Origin: Selaginella moellendorffii
Taxonomy: Eukaryota > Plantae > Lycopodiophyta
Reading direction: 5' to 3'
Assembly: GCF_000143415.4 (NCBI RefSeq)
Contig: NW_003314351.1
Coordinates: 121,490 to 185,489, forward strand
DNA: 64,000 nt
The notes under the pieces are model-generated. The model made no database searches and was not told where the DNA came from. It was given only the letters and a program-made list of their open reading frames with translations. Each line of letters starts with the position of its first letter. The first letter of the stretch is position 1. This document shows positions 36,536 to 49,086 of the stretch, piece after piece. The position numbers and the translations under genes are program-made.

Positions 36536-39513
36536 TTCCTAACTACTTTTTAGTATAATATTTTTTATTCTAATGGTTGATGTGCACATCAACCATTAAA
36601 ATAAAAATATTAATTTTATGGTTGTAAATTATAAAGATGTGTATAATTATAAACTTCCATTTAAACAATTCGATTAATAAATAAAGATGATACAACAAAC
36701 TAACTGTTACTTCATGCAACATGAAATAAATTATTATTAAATTAATAAAAATGATATATTTTAATTTAATATTAGTGGAGGAAATCCAAAATAAATAAGA
36801 TAGTGTTATAACTGAGTTTAAAACTAATTGAGGATGTGTGCTAAAAAGCAATATTGAAATTATTTATAATCATTGTAAACAGCAAGTGGGGAGGACCTTA
36901 AAAAAAATGACATTAAGCCTTTAGAGAATCCACAATTGCAAAGAGTTTTTTATTATAAATATCATAATTAATCTTTGTATATATGTACTTTTGAGAGTGA
37001 AAAATAACATAAGGATTCCAAATGTATAGTAAGGATAATGGTCGGAAGTATGACCATAAAACATTAGTTTATATCAATGTTCAAATTGGGCTTAAGCCTA
37101 AATTCCATGCTACTTTAATTAGTGTGGTAGCCACTTCCACGTTATGCTAAAATTGTATTAGACACTATCTGACACTATTTTAAATAAAAAAACTAGATAC
37201 GGGAAGTTAATGTATGTAAGGGATTAGGTGAAAATCCTATCATCAAAAATAATGGTGAAAATATACTCTAGAAAGTACCAAAAGATGGCAAATATATAAC
37301 ATTATTGATTTTATCATCAATTTGTATTATTATGATACAAGTTGATTGAGCATTTTATTTTATTTTAAAAAAATTATCTCCAATTCCATCCAATTAAGGA
37401 AAATTGGCTTAATATTAGTAAAATCATCTCAATGTTAGAAAGTCATTCTATCCTTAATAAAAAATCTCATAACTTTATAAATGATGTTGAATTAATGGTC
37501 TATATTGCAAAATATTAAAATTAAACTTTGATATAACTATTATTTCTTAACTTAAATAAAATAAAACATAATTTATCATCTCTCTATATTTATCGAGGAG
37601 AATATTCACCATGACTTGCTAATCTGAAAACCTTCTACCTATGGGGTTTGAACTCAAGATATGGATAGTTAACATTGATTTTTTTATCACATTTGATCTC
37701 TAGATTAACTTAGAGTTGAACTAGATTAATTTCTAAAGCTCCTATAAAAGTAGGTTTTTTTAAGGATTTTGTAATCAAAGTGCTCAACACAAAACTATGC
37801 TAATGTGGTGGACAGTCAATAAATCTATTTCAAATTCATCATAGAGTTGGTAGAAGTAACAATATTTAAGATTGCATCTCCTTCAATGTTATTTCCATCA
37901 TAAAGATATTCATTATTTTTAGTTTTCCTTGGTTTGATGTGGTTTAGAAGTGGTGTGATATTGATTGGATAATTCTCTCTTTTTCCAATTCCTTTTTTTT
38001 GTTATTCCAATCTAAATTTCTCATATTTCTTTATATGAGTTCTAAGATGTTAACCATTAAAATCTTAGTTTACAATTTTCATTCATTCAATGTTAATTTC
38101 ATTTATTAAAACTTAATCCACTCTCCCTCCAAATATATTTACTTTGAGGATGTTTTCAAATAGAAAAAGAGTTAGCATCTTGCCATTATATTGACATTAT
38201 GATTATTCCTTTGATCTTGTGAAAGGGAAATCATTATATCTTTCACTAAAGCATTACATAGACATATTGAAAAAATAATTTTTTAAAAGGTTTTAATTGA
38301 GAATTTTTAATCTTTAATTGGTACACATATCTTCTTTGTATCCAAAAAGGATAGGCTTTTTCATTTGATAGTTAACTATTACAACCTAAACAAAGTCACC
38401 ATTCCTAATTAATACCCACTTATATTAATCTTTGAGATATTAAAGCCTAAAATCTAATTTTTTACTAAGATAATTTATGGTGGTTATACTTCACTCATAT
38501 TGAGGAGGGTGATGGAATGGAAAAGAATTTTTATATTTATTATTATTATTTTGAGTACATGGAGATATTTTTTGGTCTAACACCCCTATTATATATAGTG
38601 AATGATGTTTAAAGTAATTTTTTGATTTATTTTTTATCATTTATTTTGATAACATTTTTATCTTCTTTAAAACTCAAGAAAAGCACAACCATTATGTTCA
38701 CTTTATTCTCCAAACACTTCCAACACCATGAATTTTTTGTAAAATTGGAAAAATAAAATTTTAAAGTATATTGTTTCCTTTAATGACATCCCTTTTTTTC
38801 ATGGGATAAATATAAGATTGTAGGTTTAATAAGTTTTGAGTCACAATGTTTATTGATCAATAAAAACTTTTGCCATTTTTTAAAAATATCTTTTGTTAAT
38901 TGCTAGTAAATTGTTAGTGATTTTCTTTTACTTTAACCTTTTATATTTGCTTCTAAAAGCCCCAGTCAAGTGTGCAAGTCGCGTCCTATCAAAGTTGGGG
39001 TTTTAGCAGTAGAAAGAAGACCTAAGGTCATGGCGCTTGAAGGATGGAGGTTTAGAGCAGCGAACTTCTTCTTCCTCATCATCGTCTTTGGCTTGCAGCT
39101 CTTCAAGTAAGCATTGTCAAAAGATAAGCCAAGTTTCGTGCGAGATTTTGCTTCCATTCTTGCTGCCCAAAATTTTGTTTTTCGTTTACCATGACCGTGA
39201 GTGAGAGATCTAGTGAATTTTCGCTCTCCTTGTTTGGCAGTTGCCGAGATTTAATCTGTATGACTGTTGGTCTTCTGCTGGATGTTTTCTAACCTCGCCT
39301 TTGTAGAATCGTCAGCTGTTTAGAGATTTTGTCCGGATCATAACTTTGCAGTGTGTGTTCTCCGTTTATATTGTGCGTTGTTAAGCACTAGAAATCTCTG
39401 CCATGTCTGGCTGATAGATGCGTTTAGATTTTCCTCGTTTTCCCTATAGTTTTCGCTAAAACTGTTGCAACGTTTTCAGTGTTCCATGCTCCAAAGGCTC
39501 ATGCTCCAGCCCC

Positions 39514-39969
39514 ATGGAAGTGGTAGCGGATTTTCTTTACTCCAAGAAGCTCGCCAGCGACATAGCCGTGAAAGCTCTCCTCTATCCAAGCGCGTTCCTC
39601 GCCAAGGCCGAAGTTGTCCTGGGAGATTCTAACGATGGCTTCTCACTCCCGGACTGGAAAAATCTTCTCCGGGACTTCAAACGCAAACCAAAACAGAGCA
39701 GCGATCCTCTGGGGCTCGTCTTCGTCGCTGGCTGTTTTTCTTGCCTTCTCGGAGCATTCCTCAGTGCTTTCGGGATCACTTTCTTGAGCCCCGCAGGTAC
39801 GCTCGTAGTTCTCTGGTATGTTTACACGGCAGGAAAGACGGACCCGAGCATTCATCTTCTACCAATGTTTTCGCTCGCCGTTCTGTGCTCCATCGCTGCC
39901 TTTAACTTGGACATTGCTTTCAAAGCTAAAGTCTCTTCCGGTGAGAAACTGGAAGCAAAGCAGGACTAG
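39514..39969 (+). CDS. Small multi-pass membrane protein of unknown function (151 aa)
   Basis: GC-elevated intact ORF after a 5' UTR intron acceptor (ttttcag at ~39479), with about 3 hydrophobic segments and a Lys-rich tail. A decayed paralog lies at 34.2 kb. Confidence 0.75.
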   Translation: MEVVADFLYSKKLASDIAVKALLYPSAFLAKAEVVLGDSNDGFSLPDWKNLLRDFKRKPKQSSDPLGLVFVAGCFSCLLGAFLSAFGITFLSPAGTLVVLWYVYTAGKTDPSIHLLPMFSLAVLCSIAAFNLDIAFKAKVSSGEKLEAKQD

Positions 39970-42681
39970 CTGGAAAAAGCACCAAAGAAAAGTAAGATTA
40001 TTTTTTTTGCACTGGGAACTCGTTCTTTGTTCTTGTGGAAAGTCCGGGTTTCAGCTTTTTAGTTCTGAATGCTCAGAGTGATTCCATCACTCATATGCGG
40101 AGAGCGACATCTCTGGAAGATAAGTTTAAAAGCTTTTGGAATTGTCTAACCAATTCCCGGTGACTCAATTGCAGCTGACGAATCTTTTCTTCGCACAGAC
40201 ATCGACCTTGTCGCTGACACAACAGAGGTCTTGTTTTTGTTTTGTTTTTTACTTTCTTCTCTCGTTTCAGCGAATCCCTGTTCTTAACTCGATTTGTCTA
40301 TTGCTGTTTACTGGACAGAAGTGGAACAGATACTGTGAAGTTATCTTACTCGTTTTTCCGGCAATCTGGTGGATGGATGGACGTTTAGCTTGTCTTCGTT
40401 TGTCTCGGCACGCTGATTTTGACCGGTAATAGTTTCTCATATCTCTCATTGTTACAAGTTTTGCTTATTCTTTTCTGGCCTCTGGAGCCTGGAACTTTGC
40501 ATCTCGCAGGACTTGTGTTTTCTCAAGGCGGAAAGAAGGCCGGAGAGATAGCACTGACACGAGAAGTGAAGCTTTTCTATTATGGCCTTTAAGAGGAAAC
40601 AAGTTTATCATTTTATCACTGGAGTTCATCGTGGTGGCCATGCTACTGCCTTCTAAAGTTTCGAACGGTATGTCTGGAAATCCCTGGGCTTAAAAAGATG
40701 ATTTTTCGTCTTTGGGAACGTCATTGTTGCAGCATTATGTCAGGATCAATGTTTCCGTAGTGTGAAACTCGTGGCGATTGGAAGAAACTTGAGTTTTGTT
40801 CGCCACCACCGACTTTCTGACTCATTGCTCAGAAAAGGTAGTGTTTTTTTTTCTCTGCCTGCTCGCACCTCAAGTTTGTCTCTTGCTTTTAACTCCCAGA
40901 TCGAGTTGTGAAGCGTCAAAGAGGCGGTTCCAAACAAGCTATCGCCATTGTCGGTTCGTTCATGTCTCTTTTGTTTGTTCGTCTTGTGTTTTTAAAGCTT
41001 TCCCACTTCGAGCAGGACCAGCGGGAAAGGTTTTCGCTCTCGTCTTCTCCAAGTTCTGCCACAGTGTGTGTTGTTCACTGTGGATCAAAGTTCCGTGCCG
41101 ACAAAAGCTATTCTCCCGCTAGTTTGATCCATCACTGGGCTTTGAGCTACAAAACAAAAGAGGAGGATAGGATTTCGATCGAGAGAAACTCGTTGCTGTT
41201 GCCACATCGCGAAAGAATCCACGAAAGGGATTTGACTTGCGCTAGTGAAAGGCTGCCGCCTCCTCGCTCGCTCGCAGTGGGGTCCAAGCTTTTTAAGAGA
41301 GAAAACTATTTCTCGATTAAACAAAACCATTGTTTAATTCCGTACTGGTATCTTTAGGGGGTACGGCAGAATGTGCCCGTTACGTGGGACCAAGTTAAAA
41401 AGTTAAAAAATCATCCTCCATGGAAGTGAGACAAGTATACGATTTTTTGCGCCCAGCGCAAAGCTTTAGGGACAGGTCATACATGGGGTCTAATGTTGTG
41501 TTTGTCCGATTCACTAGCCCTAGAATTATTTAATCTTTTAAGTTTGTGACACGCGGCGTTGTGTCAGCCCCCCGGCATTCTACGCCGGAATGGCCAGTAT
41601 AAACCACCGCTTCTTGGATGCGGGAATAGCCACCAAATCAACGTCTCGGATGTTTTCGCCCAATGTTTCACCGCTAGATTTACCACCGTAACTGGTGCGG
41701 GTTCTTACAGAGTGGTAAGAAATGAATTATTGCGGCAAATCTAGCGGGATTTTAGTTTGTGGCGTACGTAAAATAGCCAGCTTGTGGTAATTATGTGGCC
41801 CGAGGAGAATTTTCAAAATTTACCAGTGGGGGAAGGGGGCACATTAACGGTAAAAATTTGAGATTCTTGAAATCCACCTCCTGTCAAATCACGCGGTATT
41901 TACCGTCTAGTCACCGGCCGGCCGGCGTCCGTCCCTTTTTACCCTTGCTCTGCGTAAGGGGTAAAAGTAAAATCTCCCCCCTCTTCCTGGGACCCCGTCC
42001 CTTTTGCTCGAGGTGTTCTTCGCGTTTTGTTTGTAGGTTTCGCGAAGCAAGGAATCCCCCTGCATTGCTCCGGAGCTCTGCGGCTTCTAGGGATTCGCTA
42101 CTCGCGGTACCGAGGCGCTAGAATCGATCGGGCCGTGGCGCTGTGCAAGCGCGAGCCGCCGCCGCCTCATTCTTCCAGCGCGAGCGCCAGGTATGAAGAA
42201 ATCTCTGGTCGATGCCAGCGATGTGAGGGGTCGGTGTCCGTGTTTCCTGGTCAGAAAATGCCCTGCTTGATCCGGTCTATCGCCGAAATTTCGATGCGCC
42301 CGTGAGATTGACGAGGGTTTCCAAACGCCGTTGTAGCTTGTCTGTCAGTGTACTGTTCTTCCCGTGTCTGTGAGGAAATAATCAGCGCAGCGCTTTGTTT
42401 TTTTCCTTTCTTTTCTTCCTGTTGGTGTGCTCGTGACGTGCGCTTGCCCAGAAGTAGGAGCGAACGATTGTTATGTTTTTCTTTTTTTGCGCGGCATCGC
42501 TAACTCTTGTTCCTTCGTCGCAGCTGGAGTATCTCTATGTAACCACGCGTCTCTATTTCATTTCTAAGGGCTCTACTCGTTCTTCAGGTAAGCGTGAATC
42601 GAATGTAGCTATGCTACGGTCGGGACTGATTTTTTCTTAGTGCTCGCAGGTTAGAGCTGATCATCAGATAGCGTAGCTCAG

Positions 42682-45528
42682 ATGGGGAGAAAGCTTTACG
42701 TAGAGATTCTCAGCGCCCACAATTTGATGCCCAAGGATGGACAAGGCTCGGCAAATCCGTACTGCATCATCGACTTCGATGGACAGAGGAGGAAGACGAA
42801 GGTGAAGGTCAAGGACCTCAATCCCGTCTGGAATGAGAAGTTTGAATTCCCGGTCTCGGATCCTATCAACATGGGAATGGACAGCTTGGATATCTGGGTC
42901 CATACGGAGAAGAAGAATGCTAGCTCTGGAAAGGATGGCTTCCTCGGCAAGGTTCGAATCCCAGGTAGCAGCTTCGTGAAGCACGGCGAAGAGGCGATCA
43001 CTCATCATCCGCTGGAGAAGAAGAACTTGTGGTCGACTGTGAAGGGAGAGTTGCGTATCAAGGTCTACTACGTGGACGAGTCTTCCGGGATGTCGATGAA
43101 GGCTCATGTGAAGGACCACGAGAAGGTGAAGGACCATCACCACGAGAAGCTCAAGGATCACGACCACGGAATTATTCTGAAGAAGGAAGAAAAGATCAAG
43201 GACGATCACGGGCAGGGAAAAAAGATGGTTGCTCCGACAACAATGCTGCCGCCTGGGGACTTCGCTCTCAAGGACACATCCCCGGTGCTCGGACATGTCG
43301 GTGAGAAGCACATCTCGCACGACCTGGTGGAGAAGATGCAGTACCTTTACGTCCGCGTGGTGAAGGCCAGAGACCTGGTTGCCAAAGACCTCGGCGGCAG
43401 CAGTGATCCATACGTCAAGGTAAAGGTTGGCGAAGGCTACCCGGCGAAGACAGAGATCCGGAAGAGGAGCGTCAACCCCGTGTGGAACCAAGTCTTTGCA
43501 TTCGGCAAGGACAAAATCCAGGGGCCGACAGTGGAGATCACCGTTTGGGACGCTGACAAAGTGAGCAAGGACGACTTTCTAGGATTCGTGCAGTTCGACC
43601 TGACCGAGATATCCAAGCGTGTGCCGCCGGAGAGTCCTCTCGCGCCTCAGTGGTATAAGCTCGAGCCAGGAAGGAAGGGTGACGTGCACGTGAGGGGCGA
43701 GATAATGCTGGCTGTCTGGTGGGGTACTCAGGCAGATGAAGCGTTCTCTGAGGCTTGGCAATCCGACTCTGGCGGACACTACCACAACAAGGCGAAAGTG
43801 TACATGTCGCCAAAGCTGTGGTATTTACGCGTCAACGTGATCGAAGCTCAGGACCTGATACCGTCGGAGAAGAATCGTCTGCCTGAAGTCAGCGTGAGAG
43901 TCCAACTCGGAGGGACTCAGGTGTACAAGACGAAAGTATCGGCAAACAGAACCAACAGTCCCTTTTGGAATCAGGACATGGTGTTCGTAGCAGCCGAGCC
44001 GTTCGAGGAGCACCTGGTTTTGACCGTCGAGGACAGAGTTGGCGGGAACAAGGAAGAAGTTCTCGGCGTGGTGAAGATACCGCTGAAGGAAGTTGACCGC
44101 CGAATCGATCACAGGCTCGTGAACACCCGCTGGTTCAACCTTGAAAAGAATGGAGAGAAACCGTTTCGCGGACGCCTGCATTTGCGGGTTTGCTTCGATG
44201 GAGGATACCACGTCATGGACGAGTCCACTCACCATATCAGCGACACTCGCCCCACTGCGAAGCAGCTCTGGAAGGCCAGCATGGGCGTCCTGGAGATTGG
44301 AATCCTGAGCGCGAAGAACCTGGTTCCGATGAAAAGCCGAGACGGGAGGAGCACCACCGATGCTTACTGCGTTGCAAAGTACGGCCAGAAATGGGTGAGG
44401 ACGAGAACGTGCATGGACTCCTTCAGTCCTCGTTGGCACGAGCAGTATACTTGGGAAGTCCACGATCCCTGCACAGTCCTGACGATCGGGGTGTTCGACA
44501 ATTGCCACACCAAGGACGAGCCTGGCGAGAAAGTTAGCAGTGGCAGAGATAACCCGATTGGAAAAGTCAGAATCCGCGTGTCCACACTCGAGAGCGACCG
44601 TGTCTACACAAACTCGTATCCACTTCTCGTCCTCCAGAGAAGTGGAGTGAAGAAGACTGGCGAGCTGGAGCTCGCGGTGCGGTTCTCTTGCACCTCCGTC
44701 CTCAACATGATGCACATCTACTTCACGCCACCACTTCCCAAGATGCACTACCTGCATCCGCTTGGAGTGATCGAGCTGGAACAGCTGAGGAACATTGCTA
44801 TCCGGATCGTCTCGTTGAGACTCGCTCGATCGGAGCCTCCTCTTCGCCAGGAGGTGGTGCACTACATGCTGGATACGGACTCCAACATGTGGAGCATGAG
44901 GAGGAGCAAGGTGAACTACTACAGAATGCTTGGAGTTTTATCCGGTGCCATCGCCGTGACCAAGTGGTTCTCCGACATCTGCCAGTGGAAAAATCCGCTG
45001 ACAACCGTACTCGTCCACATACTGTTCCTGATCCTGGTCTGGTACCCGGAGCTGATCCTGCCAACGCTTTTCCTCTACATGTTCCTCATTGGAGCCTGGC
45101 ACTACCGCTTCCGTCCGCGTGCTCCACCTTACATGGATGCCAGGCTCTCTCAGGCCGAGCATGTGGAGCACGACGAGCTCGACGAAGAGTTTGACACTTT
45201 CCCGACGTCCAAGAGTCCTGATATCGTCAAGCACCGCTATGAACGCCTCCGGATGGTAGCTAGCAGGATCCAGTCGGTTCTTGGGGACTTAGCGTCGCAG
45301 GGAGAGCGACTGAACGCGCTCCTCAGCTGGAGAGATCCTCGTGCGACGGCTATCTTCATCACCTTCTGCCTCGTCGCTGCTATTCTGCTGTACGTGATCC
45401 CACTCCGAGTCGTGGCGGTGCTGCTGGGGATTTACGCTCTTCGACATCCTCGATTCCGCAACCGCGTGCCTCCGGTACCTATGAACTTCTTCCGGAGGCT
45501 CCCGTCGTACGCCGATCGCATCCTGTGA
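42682..45528 (+). CDS. MCTP: Multiple C2 domain and transmembrane protein (MCTP; FTIP1/QUIRKY family), 948 aa, intronless CDS
   Basis: Four C2 domains, DLVEKMQYLYVRVVKARDL, PKLWYLRVNVIEAQDL, and the PRT_C terminal region (ALLSWRDPRAT, NFFRRLP). Confidence 0.97.
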   Translation: MGRKLYVEILSAHNLMPKDGQGSANPYCIIDFDGQRRKTKVKVKDLNPVWNEKFEFPVSDPINMGMDSLDIWVHTEKKNASSGKDGFLGKVRIPGSSFVKHGEEAITHHPLEKKNLWSTVKGELRIKVYYVDESSGMSMKAHVKDHEKVKDHHHEKLKDHDHGIILKKEEKIKDDHGQGKKMVAPTTMLPPGDFALKDTSPVLGHVGEKHISHDLVEKMQYLYVRVVKARDLVAKDLGGSSDPYVKVKVGEGYPAKTEIRKRSVNPVWNQVFAFGKDKIQGPTVEITVWDADKVSKDDFLGFVQFDLTEISKRVPPESPLAPQWYKLEPGRKGDVHVRGEIMLAVWWGTQADEAFSEAWQSDSGGHYHNKAKVYMSPKLWYLRVNVIEAQDLIPSEKNRLPEVSVRVQLGGTQVYKTKVSANRTNSPFWNQDMVFVAAEPFEEHLVLTVEDRVGGNKEEVLGVVKIPLKEVDRRIDHRLVNTRWFNLEKNGEKPFRGRLHLRVCFDGGYHVMDESTHHISDTRPTAKQLWKASMGVLEIGILSAKNLVPMKSRDGRSTTDAYCVAKYGQKWVRTRTCMDSFSPRWHEQYTWEVHDPCTVLTIGVFDNCHTKDEPGEKVSSGRDNPIGKVRIRVSTLESDRVYTNSYPLLVLQRSGVKKTGELELAVRFSCTSVLNMMHIYFTPPLPKMHYLHPLGVIELEQLRNIAIRIVSLRLARSEPPLRQEVVHYMLDTDSNMWSMRRSKVNYYRMLGVLSGAIAVTKWFSDICQWKNPLTTVLVHILFLILVWYPELILPTLFLYMFLIGAWHYRFRPRAPPYMDARLSQAEHVEHDELDEEFDTFPTSKSPDIVKHRYERLRMVASRIQSVLGDLASQGERLNALLSWRDPRATAIFITFCLVAAILLYVIPLRVVAVLLGIYALRHPRFRNRVPPVPMNFFRRLPSYADRIL

Positions 45529-45899
45529 TCCACGAAAGTGGTTAGTGATTCAGCTCACGCTTTTTAAAATCGTGGTTCTTACTCCCAAATGATCTCGCAG
45601 GGTGTTGGAGCTTTTCAACGAATCAGCCGTGCCTTTTCTTTTCTCTAACATCAAGCTAAGTTATTCCCAAGCGAAGGTACACGGTCGAAGTTCGGGTGGT
45701 TTATATGATGATTTTGGAATGTAAAGGTTAGTACACTTTGATTATGGTAGTGTGAATTCCGCAGTTTCTTTTCCTATGCGGCAGCTTATTTGTAGGTGGT
45801 GTTTGCCTGAACTGGGAACAGCACAGCTTTTTTTTTTTTTCACTTAAAAGCAGCTCTTTTTTGTTCTCTCATCCTGGCTAGTGAAAGATTGTTGTGTAT

Positions 45900-46262
45900 T
45901 TTATAGTTCTTCGATCGCGAAGATCAAGCTTACTTATGTGCAGGCAATGCTACTGGAAAACTGAACCGAGCAGCAACAGGCGCGAACTTAAGGTCTTAAG
46001 ATAGATTCTCTTTACTTTTGTTCTCGATCTGATGGTGCTTTGTTTCATCCGTGCAGCTGTTACGCAGCTTTCCTTTCTCGAGATAATTGCTGTGCATATT
46101 ATAGTTCTTCGATCGCGAAGAACAAGCTTACTTATGTACAGGCAATGCTACTGGAAAACTGAACCGAGCAGCAACAGGCACGAACTGAAGGTCTGTGGAA
46201 AGCTATTTTTTTATCTTTTGTTGCTCGATGTGATTGGTTCTTTGTTTCATCCGTGCAGCTGT
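45900..46262. repeat. ~199-bp tandem duplication downstream of MCTP
   Basis: ttatagttcttcgatcgcgaaga.caagcttacttatgt.caggcaatgctactggaaaactgaaccgagcagcaacagg ... ctttgtttcatccgtgcagctgtt occurs twice. Confidence 0.9.
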
Positions 46263-47244
46263 TGCTGGTCTTTGTTGATCGCGCTGATGTTGTGCTCCTT
46301 GGTCTCGGGGCCGTGTCCCTCGCTGCCTTGGTCTCGCTGCTGCTTTAGCTGTTGCTGGTGGTGATGGAGCTCCTCATCTTCATCGCGGTCGTCGCGTTCA
46401 TCACGCATTTCTCGGTGGTGGTGAAGCTCCGTGCTGCTCGGATGGTTCGCTGCTACTGGCAACTGCACCGACGCAGCGTTGCTGGGTGATCTCGGCGGAG
46501 ACGACGCTGCCAAGTTCTCCAGGTTCGTGTTGTCTTGAGCCTCGGTTTGGTTTGATTTCCTTCCGCGTCGATACCTTCGTCGGTACTTTCTTCTTCCTGG
46601 TCTCTGTAGATCAAAGTTTCTGTAAACTTCATCCTTTTTCTCTTTGTTTTCTTTTTCCTCAGGCGAATGAATGGAAGTTCTTTGCTTTTGCGTGAAAATG
46701 TGATGCTATGGAGACCTTTTGTTTCGATCTCTTTCGCCTCCTTCGCGTCGCCGGAGGTTTGCTTCTTCGTGCTCTCACCATCTCTTCCAGAAATCGTGGA
46801 ACTCTTTTTCCAGAAGATTTAATTGGTCTTCCTTCACTGGCGAGAGGCAAACTCTCCTCGGCTATGAAAAGGTGCGCCTAATGAAGTGAGGTGGAGCTCC
46901 ACGTTTTCGTTTTATCCGTCCACGTGGATCCTATTTTGTGAAAGAATAGCTTAAGAGTGATTAATTATTCTTAGCATATTCTTCACTTCTGACAGCTTAA
47001 AATCAAACCAATTGACCGATTTGGATATCGCTACTTACAAACCAAATTTTAAATTCTAGGAAAAGGCTTGTTGTGATCATCACTACGTCTTTTAATCGAT
47101 GCTCTTCACAATTCTGACACAAAGTTACTATGAGTATATACCGAATCTAAGCTCTGACCACAAAATAGAGGTAAAACTCGAAGGTAGAAGTTCTATATAA
47201 GCTTAAGCCAAAAAAAGAGAAAGGAAAGAGGCTCGTTTTTGCGA

Positions 47245-49086
47245 TTAGCACCCAGTAGCCTTGGCTTGCTGCTGCATCCTCACACACTGGATGACGATGT
47301 TCTTGCAGAGATCACGGCGAATGGGAGGCAGTGGCTCCATGCTCTGGAACGAAGCAGGCAATGCTTGCTGGAGCTCCTCACGGGTGGCGAGATTGATCAC
47401 CAGCCTGAATCGCCTGCCATGGTTCCGATCAATCCCGACACGCTCCAAGTAGTCCTCGTCCGAGGCTGGAAGATCGTAGTTGATCACGTCCTGCCTGCCC
47501 CGAACGTACACGTTGGTCACCACGATCGACAGCGAGCGCTCGTAAACCTCCTGGAACCAAGCCACAGATGATACCAAAGGTTTGTGTTGTCGACTCATGA
47601 CTTTACCTGGAGGATGGGATCCCCGGCTGTGTATATCGCATAAGCGTGGTGCCCGCGCTCCACCATCGCCTTGGCAACCTCGGCCACCGTTTCGGCCGCG
47701 TTGCAGAAGACAGAGAACTTGTCTGGTTTACCCCTCTGCAGCTGCTCCCACAGGTCGCACACCAAGTCGAGCTTCTTCTTGCCTTCCGCCAGAGCGTAGA
47801 AGTGGCAAACGTCCAGCGTCACCCCTGGGGGCCTCGGCACAAAGGCCTTGCGTGCAAAGCGCTTGTGCACCCCCTCGACAGCGCTAGTCATGTGTGTGAC
47901 GTGCAGTCCAACACAGCCGCCAAACGAGGCAATGAACTGTACAGCACAAGTTTATTTCACCATGCAACAAGTTCTTGGAAGAATACCTCGGCCCATTCGG
48001 GGTGTGCCTCAAGGATGCTGTCGGCTTCAACCACCACTAATCGAGAAGCAGAGACTGGAGGCTCCACGTCTCCCACTTTCTCCACGCGAAGAGTGGAATG
48101 CGCTCCTGGCCCGATCTGTAACCATACAAGAACACAAGGAGATCATCGTAGTAACAGCAACGTGAGAAAGAAAGGAGTGTGTGTACCTTCACAGAGACGC
48201 CCATCTCCTGTGCACAACACCCGAGAAGCTGAGTGAGCGCGAGCAGTCTGTGATGGTCAGGAGCTAGCAGCAGTGGCGCTGCCTCGTTGCTTGCGTGCTT
48301 CACGGCCTCCCGAACAAGGCAGGGCAGCAAGGCGAGCACGCCTGACCAGCCCTGGCACACAACGTTGTCGTTACAAGCAAACGAGTCCATGACCTGAGTG
48401 GCGACCTGGTCCAGCCGTCCGGGGCAAGACCAGGCCTCTGGAACGAGCAAGCACACAAGATTAGACGAGCGAGAGAAAGCATCACAAAGCAGTGGAGGTG
48501 GAGGAGCTCTCACCAGGCAAAGTAGAAGCCACGAGACGCTGCACAGTGCAGCTGGCGCGAGCCCGACTAGGAGGAGAGAACCATTCGAGCCACCGAAACT
48601 TGGAAGGATCAAGTTCCGGTGGTGGAAGGCTCTCCTTGCCACTCACGGTCCTGAAGTGAGCGTACACCAGCCGCAGCGCCACGCTATGGAAACCAGGGAC
48701 TTCCTGGTAGGCTGCGTCATCGATGAGAATGAGCAGCGTCCCGCTGGATGCAGGGAATCCCCGAGCCTCGTCCGGAGTGGCGACCACAATATCGAGGCAG
48801 GGAGCCATCCACTCGTGCTCGAACAAGCTCCCCGCGATCTTGTCATGCTTCTGGCTCTGGATGCAAGCGCGCAGGGCTTTGAGAAGCTGAGGAACCTGCA
48901 GACGGATTCCATTTGTAGAAGCACTCTATCACCAATCCACAGAGCTCAAACCTTATGCACAAGCGTGAGCACCAGAGTCGTCGTCACAGAGCGGCTCAAC
49001 TCCACAGCCCCGGCCAGTGTCTGCCTAGAAACCTCGCCAGTCCTGCTGGAGATGGTGAGCTCCGGCGCCACAGCCAGAAAGTCCAT
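47245..49086 (-). CDS. Divergent eIF4A/DEAD-box-like pseudo-helicase, copy A (multi-exon)
   Basis: Helicase-C motifs KLDLVCDL, VFCN, TNVYVRG, VINYDLP and DYLERVG. The N-terminal motifs are degenerate. Short GT-AG introns join the ORF pieces from ATG 49086. Confidence 0.75.

Noticed and set aside
42664-45234. Long antisense or alternative-frame ORFs over MCTP
   Set aside because: Shadow ORFs caused by GC-rich codon bias of the real gene.
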